Below are positions 18,543 through 26,971 of a stretch of 29,962 nt of DNA, one piece after another. The position numbers were made by a program, and so were the translations under genes. The stretch is from a virus (Duplodnaviria; Caudoviricetes): the IMG/VR virus record IMGVR_UViG_3300020269_000031, positions 1 to 29,962 of that record; one strand, written 5' to 3'. Under the pieces are notes generated by a model that was not told where the DNA came from, searched no databases, and worked only from the letters and a program-made list of their open reading frames with translations. The stretch's first letter is position 1; every line of letters starts with the position of its first letter.

Positions 18543-18902
18543 ATGAATACTGAGCAACCAATTAAAATAGTAACTAAAGGGTGGGGACATGAGAAATGGA
18601 TTGTCAACACTGAAGAGTACTGTGGTAAATTATTATTCTTTGAGGGTGGTAAGAGATGTTCTTGGCACTATCATAAGTTAAAGGATGAGACTTTTTATCT
18701 ACAGTCTGGTAGGATTCTTTTGTTCTATGGTGAGACTGATGATTTATCAAAGGCAAATACTAAGATACTAGAACCTGGTGATACCTTCCACATATATCGT
18801 GGATTAAGGCATCAGATGTATGCTATGGAACACTCTGAATTATTTGAGTTCTCTACACAGCATTTTGATACGGATAGTTATAGGATAATGGTAGGTGATT
18901 GA
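18543..18902 (+). CDS. Cupin-domain protein (sugar-phosphate isomerase-like)
   Basis: KGWG.E.W...YCGK, SWHYH..KDETFY..SG, PGD..HI..G.RH, EFST.H. Confidence 0.8.
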   Translation: MNTEQPIKIVTKGWGHEKWIVNTEEYCGKLLFFEGGKRCSWHYHKLKDETFYLQSGRILLFYGETDDLSKANTKILEPGDTFHIYRGLRHQMYAMEHSELFEFSTQHFDTDSYRIMVGD

Positions 18903-19681
18903 TTAATATATTCTTCAACAGTAGTAAATTTATAGTTACCCCACTCATTTTTAGCACAAGTATATTTTTGATACTTTCCTTCTAGATGTTTTGGGAATGG
19001 AATATATTCTATCTCAGCATTATATTTTTTAGCAATTAGTTCCCCAACTTTTTGGAAGCTAATAGGAATACTTGTTCCTAGATCATAGATTCCAGAAGGT
19101 TTATCATTGTTTAAGACATGATGTACGATGTCTTTTACACAAATAAAATCTCTAATAAAATTCTCAGATCCTTCAAAGAGTTTTAGTTTACCTGTATTTT
19201 TAACTTGTTCTGTAAATGTTTGTATAGGACTTGCTTGATTACCTTTATGGTCTTCACCTTCTCCATATACATTAAAGTATCTAAAACCCTGAACTAATTT
19301 AAACTCATCCATATGATCTTGAACCCAGTAGTCTGTGATCACTTTGGTTATTGCATAGTAGTTGAGTGGATTAATTTCATTAAGACTTCTACCATACACT
19401 GATGCTGAGGATGCATACTTGACTGGTATCTTATATTTGATTGCTTTATTTAATAACCATTCTGTAAATGCAACGTTTGTATTGATAAGTAATTCAAGGT
19501 CAGTGCAAGTTGTAGAAGAGATTGCACCTTGATGTAATATTAGTTCTACTTTGTCCCATTCAGTAAAGTTTCGACAGAACTCTTGACAGTTATCCTTTTC
19601 AACTTCTATTACTTCTTCATTCCTTAATGCTTTGAGGAAGTTCTGTCCTATAAATCCTTTTGATCCTGTAAGTATTATCAT
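18878..19681 (-). CDS. hldD: ADP-L-glycero-D-manno-heptose 6-epimerase-like SDR
   Basis: MIILTGSKGFIG, HQGAISST, YASSASVYG, PLN.Y..TK, GFRYFNVYG..E.HKG..AS, RDFI.V.D, KYQ.YT.A. Confidence 0.85.
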   Translation of the reverse strand: MIILTGSKGFIGQNFLKALRNEEVIEVEKDNCQEFCRNFTEWDKVELILHQGAISSTTCTDLELLINTNVAFTEWLLNKAIKYKIPVKYASSASVYGRSLNEINPLNYYAITKVITDYWVQDHMDEFKLVQGFRYFNVYGEGEDHKGNQASPIQTFTEQVKNTGKLKLFEGSENFIRDFICVKDIVHHVLNNDKPSGIYDLGTSIPISFQKVGELIAKKYNAEIEYIPFPKHLEGKYQKYTCAKNEWGNYKFTTVEEYINQSPTIIL

Positions 19682-19696
19682 CTTCTTTTTGCCAAT

Positions 19697-19725
19697 ATTC
19701 TAACAGATAAATAGTTTTACTGCAA
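19697..19725 (-). promoter_or_regulatory. Sigma70-like promoter for hldD
   Basis: On the minus strand: TTGCAG, 17 nt spacer, TAGAAT with an extended -10 TG, just upstream of the hldD ATG. Confidence 0.55.
19706..19713 (+). promoter_or_regulatory. T4-type late promoter (GATAAATA)
   Basis: About 35 nt upstream of the structural gene at 19748. Confidence 0.7.
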
Positions 19726-19747
19726 ACTATACGATAGGATATAGCCG

Positions 19748-21682
19748 ATGTCATTTGGTAAATTAGCGAACGTTAAGCCAGCGACGGCTAAGTTAAATCA
19801 ATTACTATATACTGCCCCAGCAGGAACGTTGACCCAAGGTAAAGTATATGTTACGAACCAAACTCCTCAGAAGATCTGGGTTAGAGTTGGATTAGCCACT
19901 GCAGGTGGATTAGATTCTTTTAAAGCAAATGGATATGTTACATTTGATCAGGAGATAGGAGTCGGAGAGTATTTTGAATCCGATCCTTTATTCTTTGCGG
20001 ATGGAGATAGTGTAATTATTAGATCTACGGATACAAGTTCCGCATTTACATTTGTTGGAGAAGAGAGTCCTAACAAAGGTGGTGCAGGATTTTTAGCACA
20101 AGGATTTTCTACTGCTGATAATGGTGCTGATTTATTATTTGAATTCCCAACAGGTAAGAGTTTTAGAGGGAATTTGTTTGTATGTAATAAGTCTTCTGGT
20201 GATAGTAAGGTTCGTGTAGGTCTTGGTACAACTGCGACAGACTATTTAGAATACAATTATGAGGTAAAACGTAACTCAACACATGTTAGGTCTGATATAT
20301 CAGCAAAACCTGGTGATCAGATGTATGTTCGTGCTGATAATATTACTGAGACTGAGCATACTATACAGGGTATAAGTTATGATCCTACTACAGGATTTAT
20401 GACCGTTCAAATAAATGCTCATAAATTTGTTGATACTGATAAGGTATACATTACAGGTGAGTCTATTGTATTAACATGTGCTAAGGATAATCATCTTACA
20501 AAGCATTATTATCCAAGAGCTACTGACCCAATCTATAATAAGTGGATACCTATTTACAATGTTACTAAAAATACTTTTGATGTACAGGTACTAGATCTTA
20601 CTCCTGGTGCTGATGAAAATAACTCTGATAAGATTCCATCTACTAACGTAACTGCCCATACATTTGTATCGGCACATACAAACTCATTGAAAAGGAAGAC
20701 TGGTGCTGTAAACTTTGTTCTTAGTGGATATTATGTAGACTATCAACACTTCTATGGTTCTGTTGGTATTGGATCTACATTAACTGCAACCAATGCTTAC
20801 GTTAAAGAAGGTCTTGGTATTGGTATTACTGATCCAGGGTCTTATGGACTTAAAGTTATTGGTGATACATCACTATCTAAGTTAGAAATTAGTGATGACC
20901 TTCATGTACAAGGTAATGTACAGACTGTTGGTGTATCTACCTTTGCTGGTACTGTAACCTTCCAAGGTGGTACTGTAAACACTGGTGTTGGTACAGAGAA
21001 CGCAGTTGTTCTTGATGCTAACGTTAACTCAAACATTACTCCAGGTGTTGCTAACTCCTTTGACTTAGGTCAAGACTCTAAGAAGTGGAGGTATGTATAC
21101 TATGCTGATACCCTTAGAGGTAATCAGATTGATTTAAGTAATGGTACTACTGGTATAGCAACTATTGGTGTTGGTTTTGGTGCTACTACAACTCAAGCAG
21201 TCATTGGTGCTGCTAACACAGCAGTCATGGCATTCGGTGACCTTGCTGTTGATGGTGATTTTGTTCTTAAAGGACAGGTTGGTATTGGTACAACAACTGT
21301 AAATCAATTGGCATATGATGCTACTACAGATGAATTACAAGTCTTTAACAAGTCTCTTAATAAAAATGTACCTATACATGGTGTAGATACTAACTACTGG
21401 AATGTGACAAGTAACACTACTGTTACTTCTTGGTCAACAGTCATGATAGATACTGCTACTAGTGGTGCATTTACTGTTACTTTACCAGCATCTCCAACAC
21501 AAGGAGAAAGAATTAGATTTATAGACTATAAGAGGAACTGTGATGCTGCTGCTCTAACTGTTGCTAGAAATGGTAAACCAATCATGGGTGACAGTGCAGA
21601 TTTGACAGTTAATACTGAAGGTGCTGCCTTTGAGTTAATGTTCTGGGACAATACCTCTGGTTGGATCTTGATGAATGTATAA
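19748..21682 (+). CDS. Virion structural / fibre-like protein (644 aa)
   Basis: Two N-terminal beta-rich repeats, a module shared with the 1386-aa protein, GIG(S/T)T motifs, DLG...KKWR, and the same C-terminal module (RNGKPIMGDSAD.TVNTEGAAF.L). Confidence 0.8.
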   Translation: MSFGKLANVKPATAKLNQLLYTAPAGTLTQGKVYVTNQTPQKIWVRVGLATAGGLDSFKANGYVTFDQEIGVGEYFESDPLFFADGDSVIIRSTDTSSAFTFVGEESPNKGGAGFLAQGFSTADNGADLLFEFPTGKSFRGNLFVCNKSSGDSKVRVGLGTTATDYLEYNYEVKRNSTHVRSDISAKPGDQMYVRADNITETEHTIQGISYDPTTGFMTVQINAHKFVDTDKVYITGESIVLTCAKDNHLTKHYYPRATDPIYNKWIPIYNVTKNTFDVQVLDLTPGADENNSDKIPSTNVTAHTFVSAHTNSLKRKTGAVNFVLSGYYVDYQHFYGSVGIGSTLTATNAYVKEGLGIGITDPGSYGLKVIGDTSLSKLEISDDLHVQGNVQTVGVSTFAGTVTFQGGTVNTGVGTENAVVLDANVNSNITPGVANSFDLGQDSKKWRYVYYADTLRGNQIDLSNGTTGIATIGVGFGATTTQAVIGAANTAVMAFGDLAVDGDFVLKGQVGIGTTTVNQLAYDATTDELQVFNKSLNKNVPIHGVDTNYWNVTSNTTVTSWSTVMIDTATSGAFTVTLPASPTQGERIRFIDYKRNCDAAALTVARNGKPIMGDSADLTVNTEGAAFELMFWDNTSGWILMNV

Positions 21683-21710
21683 ATGTATTATATAATACGA
21701 ATTATTTTAA

Positions 21711-21956
21711 ATGAATATGAACTTTGCCGTTTACTCTAAAGATGGTTGCCCATATTGTGATAAGATTGTACAACTACTTGAGCTAGGTCAGCTCAAGCAT
21801 GTTGTTTATAAATTGGATCAACATTTTGATAAGAAGGCATTCTATGATGAGTTTGGACAAGGTTCTACCTTCCCACAGGTTGTAGTTGATGGTAAAAAAC
21901 TTGGTGGTTGTTCTTCTACTGCTAATTTTTTACAAGAGAATAAACTTATAGTCTAG
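21711..21956 (+). CDS. Glutaredoxin
   Basis: CPYC active site, TFPQV, LGG. Confidence 0.92.
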   Translation: MNMNFAVYSKDGCPYCDKIVQLLELGQLKHVVYKLDQHFDKKAFYDEFGQGSTFPQVVVDGKKLGGCSSTANFLQENKLIV

Positions 21957-22626
21957 CCATATCAAATAAGAAGGTATTAATATATCTGTCAGCAAACTTT
22001 GAGTTATAATAGGTCTTCAGGATTCCGTAGGCGGGGTCTGTAGATGCTAGGTGATGATCATATCCTCTTTGAGCATAGTGTGCTTCTGGCATGTAACTGC
22101 CAAACACATTTCTTACAACAGGATTTGCCCTCTTCATTTGATGAAGGTATCTTGTAAGATATAACTCAAAAGATTCTACATACTTCTCATAGAAGTCGTT
22201 GGTTTCTACTTTGATCCACAACTTCTTTGAGAAGTATTTGTCTAAGTCATATACATGGGATTTATTTTTAGTTCTATCTGGTTGATCTATTAAGTCTCTA
22301 TTGATATAATGATTAATATATTCTTCTCTCATATCAAGTGGGTGGAAGTCTATGGTTCCAAAGTATCTTTTACCACCAGCATTTACATATTCTGATCCGA
22401 AGACTGGGTTATTATAGTTCCACTCTGGATATATAACTAAGGATTCTGCAATGAATTTACCTCTTAGGTTTAGTTCACACAGTCTAATTCTTCTTAACTT
22501 ATCACTCTTCCATGCATAAGATTTAATAGTTGAACCATTGTCATTTACTTCTGGTTCTAACCATTCAGGAAGACTTATCTCAGTTAAGTCCTTACAGTTT
22601 TTAAACAGTATATCTTTTAGTTGCAT
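21946..22626 (-). CDS. Ferredoxin-dependent bilin reductase (PebA/PebS-type)
   Basis: RRIR, VIYP......P.FG.E, DFHPL, YFS, Q..YD......DPA.G, FLF at the C-terminus. Confidence 0.85.
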   Translation of the reverse strand: MQLKDILFKNCKDLTEISLPEWLEPEVNDNGSTIKSYAWKSDKLRRIRLCELNLRGKFIAESLVIYPEWNYNNPVFGSEYVNAGGKRYFGTIDFHPLDMREEYINHYINRDLIDQPDRTKNKSHVYDLDKYFSKKLWIKVETNDFYEKYVESFELYLTRYLHQMKRANPVVRNVFGSYMPEAHYAQRGYDHHLASTDPAYGILKTYYNSKFADRYINTFLFDMARL

Positions 22627-22656
22627 TACGAAACCAATACTTCACCAACTATATCA

Positions 22657-22664
22657 TATTTATT
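22657..22664 (-). promoter_or_regulatory. T4-type late promoter (AATAAATA on the minus strand)
   Basis: TATTTATT on the + strand, about 30 nt upstream of the bilin reductase ATG. Confidence 0.5.
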
Positions 22665-24272
22665 ATGAAAATTTTAACCCTATTCTCTGGACATGAAGCT
22701 TCTGCTTGCATACTAGAGGATGGAGTTGTTAAAAATTATTATAAGGAAGAGAGATATAATAGACAGAAGCATACTGAACTTACTGAGAGAATAGTAAGGA
22801 AGGTTATGCTTAATCATAATGATATTGATTATGGTATGGTGTCTACTAACTTATCTAATGAAGCAGATAAGGCTATGAGAAAGATCATACGTTCAATGAA
22901 TCCTTCTATGCAGACGGTTACAAGTGATGATTCAATGCATCACATATACCATGCATCAATATCATTTTATAATAGTGGGTTTGATAAGGCATTATGTTTT
23001 GTTTGTGATGCTTGTGGTGGAATATTAAAAGGACATGATCAGGTTTATGAAGGAGAGTCTATCTACATTGCAGAGTATCCTTATAGTTTTAAACCAATAC
23101 TTAAAAATTATTGGAGTGTTGATGATAACGTCCAGTCTATATCAAAAGAAAAGAATGGTTGTACATATAATATACACAATGTCTTTGGAACTTATCCAGG
23201 TATAGGTAATCTTTATAATACTGCTGCACTTGTGATAGGTCAGACTGTTAATGATTGTGGTAAGGCAATGGGTCTATCATCTTATGGTAGTAGTAATGAT
23301 AAGTTTATTAATTTATATTCAGATGGTGTTATAGATCGTCTTGCAAAACATTTTTGTAATTATCCAGAACTTATAAGGTTATTAAATGGTAAGGATGCTC
23401 CTTATAAGATGACTATAACAAAGGATAACTATAAACTTTTTGCTGACTATTGTTACGAAGTTCAGATACAATCTCAGAACAGAGTTTGTAAGATGATTGG
23501 AGATGCTATAGAGAAGACTGGTATAAAAAAGGTGTGTATTGGTGGTGGATTTGGTATGAATATAGTTACCAACTATCAATTGATTAAGAATTTTCCAGAT
23601 GTTGAATTTTATTTTGAACCTTTGTGTGATGATGGTGGTAATACTATTGGGTCTGCTATGTTAATTTACAGAAGATTAACCAAAGATACTACAGTTAGAC
23701 CCATAACAACGACTTCATATCATGGAGAACATCATGATGTTAGTAAGTATGTGGGTGAGACTGTTAATCTCAAGGGCATTGCTAGTCTGTTATATAATAA
23801 CAAGTCCGTTGCGATCTTTAAGGGGTATGCAGAGGCAGGTCAACGTGCATTAGGTAATAGATCTATCTTATTCAATGCTCTGAATCCTGATGCTAGAAAC
23901 ATTGTAAATAGAATTAAGAAGAGAGAATGGTATAGACCATTCGCTGCCATAGTATTAGAAGAGGATGCTCATCTATATTTTGATGATGTTATACCTAATC
24001 CATACATGACAGTATGCTTCCCAGTCAGGACGGATCTCATACCAGGTGTTACTCATATTGATAACACATGTAGGATACAAACAGTAAACACTGGACATCT
24101 CTATGATCTCTTGCTAGAATTTAAACGACTAAGTGGTCATGGTATCTTACTCAACACCAGTTTTAATCTTGCTGGCGAACCATTAGTTGAGACTCCTGGA
24201 GATGCACTTAAAACATTGAGTTCATCTACGTTAGATCATCTTTGGTTCTATGATACTGAGCAATTACTATGA
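22665..24272 (+). CDS. Second carbamoyltransferase (NodU/CmcH family)
   Basis: GHEAS...EERYNR.K, HH.YHA, GKAMGLS.YG, D.G..IGSA, E.G.RALGNRS, REWYRPFA, H.D.T.R.QTV, NTSFN..GEPLVE. Confidence 0.9.
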   Translation: MKILTLFSGHEASACILEDGVVKNYYKEERYNRQKHTELTERIVRKVMLNHNDIDYGMVSTNLSNEADKAMRKIIRSMNPSMQTVTSDDSMHHIYHASISFYNSGFDKALCFVCDACGGILKGHDQVYEGESIYIAEYPYSFKPILKNYWSVDDNVQSISKEKNGCTYNIHNVFGTYPGIGNLYNTAALVIGQTVNDCGKAMGLSSYGSSNDKFINLYSDGVIDRLAKHFCNYPELIRLLNGKDAPYKMTITKDNYKLFADYCYEVQIQSQNRVCKMIGDAIEKTGIKKVCIGGGFGMNIVTNYQLIKNFPDVEFYFEPLCDDGGNTIGSAMLIYRRLTKDTTVRPITTTSYHGEHHDVSKYVGETVNLKGIASLLYNNKSVAIFKGYAEAGQRALGNRSILFNALNPDARNIVNRIKKREWYRPFAAIVLEEDAHLYFDDVIPNPYMTVCFPVRTDLIPGVTHIDNTCRIQTVNTGHLYDLLLEFKRLSGHGILLNTSFNLAGEPLVETPGDALKTLSSSTLDHLWFYDTEQLL

Positions 24273-24490
24273 CAGAAGATAAGAATGGAGAAGAAAAGTC
24301 TCTAAATAAATCTAAGAGCGAACCACTTGAGATTAACAAGGGGTTTGAGTTAATGTTACGTCATCGTAACAGGAGGAGAAAGAAACTACGACCAAAAACA
24401 TTCCACATAATGTTTGGTAAGGTTATCTCTCTCTTCAAGCGAGAGATACGAGTTCAATTTGAATTATCAATTGACATTAAAAAACAGTAA
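24269..24490 (+). CDS. Hypothetical basic protein
   Basis: ATGA overlap with the upstream gene; exact start uncertain (an internal CTAAATA lies at 24302-24308). Confidence 0.6.
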   Translation: MTEDKNGEEKSLNKSKSEPLEINKGFELMLRHRNRRRKKLRPKTFHIMFGKVISLFKREIRVQFELSIDIKKQ

Positions 24491-24508
24491 CTCTTGCGGA
24501 GAAGAATC

Positions 24509-24739
24509 ATGGAAACTATGGTAGTAACCCTGACCCTGACGACAGTTGTGTCGTTCCTTGCCTTATTAGTCGGAGGTATGATAGGATGGATGGCACGACA
24601 GCATTCTTATGACACTACACCGCAGTATGTCTACACTCACCCTGAGATGTTTGATGAGAACGGTCACGTAGTACCTGATGAAATTGTAGCTGTGAGGTTT
24701 GAACAAACTTATGACAACCAAGAAGACGACGAAGACTAA
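24509..24739 (+). CDS. Small membrane protein, DUF2973-like
   Basis: N-terminal transmembrane segment plus HPEMFDENG motif; GGAG RBS before ATG 24509. Confidence 0.7.
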   Translation: METMVVTLTLTTVVSFLALLVGGMIGWMARQHSYDTTPQYVYTHPEMFDENGHVVPDEIVAVRFEQTYDNQEDDED

Positions 24740-25268
24740 AGAACTTCCTGAACTTCAGGCCAACCCATTTATGCATGAGATATTGGAGTTGGCTTCTAAA
24801 CAAAGAAGTTCCAAGTTAAAAGCAGAGGTTCTGCAAAAGTATAGGTGCGATGCACTTGTTACTATTTTAATTTGGAACTTTGATGATACCTGTAAGTCTC
24901 TGTTACCTGAAGGTCCAGTACCTTATTCAAGAGTAGAAGAGCAGACACCATTTGATGATACTTTGTCATCAACAATGAACAAGGCAGCGAATAGTAACTA
25001 TGTTCCTGATGAAGCGGTAAGAAATAAACATACATCAATTCGTAAGGAGTTCCAGAACTTCTACAATTATTTACAGGGTGGTAATCCTGGTATGAATGGT
25101 CTTCGTAGAGAGACTATGTTTATTCAGATGCTTGAGGGATTACATCCTAAAGAGGCAGAGATTATGGTCTTGGTTAAAGATCACATGCTTCAGTCGAAGT
25201 ATAAACTTGTTCTTCGTAATGTTCAGGAAGCATATCCTGATATCACATGGGGAGGACGTGGAGGATGA
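24711..25268 (+). CDS. Conserved T4-like phage hypothetical protein
   Basis: EIL.......K...L, LPEG.VPY, RRETMFIQMLEGLHP.EAE motifs recalled from marine T4-like phages; start taken at ATG 24711. Confidence 0.75.
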   Translation: MTTKKTTKTKELPELQANPFMHEILELASKQRSSKLKAEVLQKYRCDALVTILIWNFDDTCKSLLPEGPVPYSRVEEQTPFDDTLSSTMNKAANSNYVPDEAVRNKHTSIRKEFQNFYNYLQGGNPGMNGLRRETMFIQMLEGLHPKEAEIMVLVKDHMLQSKYKLVLRNVQEAYPDITWGGRGG

Positions 25269-25546
25269 GCGTAACAATCCTACATGAAAAATGCGAACCC
25301 GATGCTGCTCAAGATAGGAAGTTACCTAACACAGCATACCTAGTTGAATATAAACTAGAGGGTAAGTCAACATATGATATTGCCATCTCTCAGAAGGCAG
25401 TAGATTTGTTTGACCATTATTATGATAAGTTCAAGAAGGATTTTGTAAAGTTTACACAGGCAGAGGGTAGAGCAAACCCAAAGATGTGGCATCCTCCAGG
25501 TCAAGAACCACAACAAAAGAAAAGGAAGAGGAAGACCTCTTCATAA
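25265..25546 (+). CDS. Hypothetical protein
   Basis: ATG 25265 overlaps the upstream TGA (ATGA), with GGAGG upstream. Confidence 0.7.
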   Translation: MSVTILHEKCEPDAAQDRKLPNTAYLVEYKLEGKSTYDIAISQKAVDLFDHYYDKFKKDFVKFTQAEGRANPKMWHPPGQEPQQKKRKRKTSS

Positions 25547-25558
25547 TCGGAGAGAGAA

Positions 25559-25774
25559 ATGGGATTAGGATTTGGTGGTGAGATAGAGAATTCTGTCAGC
25601 AAAGCCACCGTTGTTATTAATGACGATGAAGTCCAGAAACTTATGAAGGACTATAAAAAGATTAAAAAGTATATGAAATCGTCCCTTTATCAAATTAAAA
25701 CTATGGAGGGCACTGAGACTAAGGTTAAAAAATTACTTGATGAATATAGTGGTGACCTAGACAGTGAAGATTGA
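25559..25774 (+). CDS. Hypothetical protein
   Basis: GGAG RBS; in operon. Confidence 0.65.
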   Translation: MGLGFGGEIENSVSKATVVINDDEVQKLMKDYKKIKKYMKSSLYQIKTMEGTETKVKKLLDEYSGDLDSED

Positions 25775-26261
25775 TACTATTATTTTAGATAACTTTTTAG
25801 ATAATCCTGATAAGGTTAGAGCACAAGTTCTAACCTTAGATTTTTATGAGACAGGACAATTTCCTGGTCATAGATCCAGTGGTACTGACAAAGGTTATCA
25901 GGAGATGGTCAAGAATAAACTATCAGAAGTACTACAATTCCCTGTCTATTTTAGGATGGACAGGGATTGTTTTCGGTATCAATTATGTTTGGAAGGTGCA
26001 GAGACGTGGATACACAAAGATGATACTCAGTGGGCAGGAGTTTTATATTTAACCCCAGATGCACCAGTAGACGGAGGGACAGTAATATTTGATGAGGATG
26101 AGAATGTTGTCACAATGATAGGTAACGTGTATAATAGGTTAGTAATTTATCGTGGTGATTTATTCCATCGTAGTCTTCAACCAGGTTTTGGTAACTCAGT
26201 TGAGACTGGAAGATTGACCCAAGTATTTTTCTTTGATGAAGCAACTTATGATAAGCACTGA
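25764..26261 (+). CDS. 2OG-Fe(II) oxygenase-like protein (DUF6445-like)
   Basis: DNF...PD.VR, FPG.R, WIHKD..WAGVLYL, YNRLVIY....FH, GRLTQVFF. Confidence 0.75.
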   Translation: MKIDTIILDNFLDNPDKVRAQVLTLDFYETGQFPGHRSSGTDKGYQEMVKNKLSEVLQFPVYFRMDRDCFRYQLCLEGAETWIHKDDTQWAGVLYLTPDAPVDGGTVIFDEDENVVTMIGNVYNRLVIYRGDLFHRSLQPGFGNSVETGRLTQVFFFDEATYDKH

Positions 26262-26436
26262 ACAACGTTTAGATCTGATAGATATATGCTGTCGCATTGT
26301 ATCTGAAGGACATGTAACTCTTGATGAGAGAATATGGATGTCTAAACTATGTGAAAAGAATCCACAAGCAAAGCGTATTGCAGATGACATTATGGATTTA
26401 ATAGAACACAGAGACACAATTATTACCGATGACTGA
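26248..26436 (+). CDS. Hypothetical protein
   Basis: Short ORF overlapping both neighbours in the operon; start uncertain (26233-26248). Confidence 0.6.
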   Translation: MISTEQRLDLIDICCRIVSEGHVTLDERIWMSKLCEKNPQAKRIADDIMDLIEHRDTIITDD

Positions 26437-26971
26437 TGAACTTCTAGCATTACTAAAAGCATTTGCTTATAAGAAGGGTGAGTTTAAACTCTCCTCAGGT
26501 AAAACCAGTGAGCATTATGTTAACTGTAAACCTGTGACCTTAACAGCAAGAGGTCTTACACTTGCTAGTATAATGTTACTAGAACAAGTAGAGAAAGAAT
26601 CTGTTGCAGTAGGAGGACTCACATTAGGTGCTGATCCACTAGTAGCAGGAGTAGCAGTAGTATCTGGTCTTGATAAGAGACTCCTTGATGCTTTGATAGT
26701 TCGCAAGGAAGCAAAGGGACACGGCACACAGGCATGGATTGAAGGTCCAACCCTTCCAGAAGGGTCTAGAGTAACTGTGTTAGAAGATGTGGTTACGACA
26801 GGTGGTTCATCAATTAAAGCAGTTAAGAGACTGCGTGATGCTGGTTATGTAGTAGAGAGAGTTGTTACTATTGTAGATCGTCAAGAGAATGATGAGGCAA
26901 CTACTGCTATGAAGTTAGCAGGGTTAGAATTAAAATCTTTATTCACCTTGGAGGATTTTAATGAAGATTGA
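26429..26971 (+). CDS. pyrE: Orotate phosphoribosyltransferase
   Basis: [40 protein letters not shown] motif, VDRQE. Confidence 0.95.
   Translation: MTDELLALLKAFAYKKGEFKLSSGKTSEHYVNCKPVTLTARGLTLASIMLLEQVEKESVAVGGLTLGADPLVAGVAVVSGLDKRLLDALIVRKEAKGHGTQAWIEGPTLPEGSRVTVLEDVVTTGGSSIKAVKRLRDAGYVVERVVTIVDRQENDEATTAMKLAGLELKSLFTLEDFNED

Noticed and set aside
1118-21682. Diversity-generating retroelement, suggested by the Mtd_N-like domain and repeated C-terminal sequences
   Set aside because: No reverse transcriptase in the window. Both repeat copies are coding and differ mainly at synonymous positions, not specifically at adenines.
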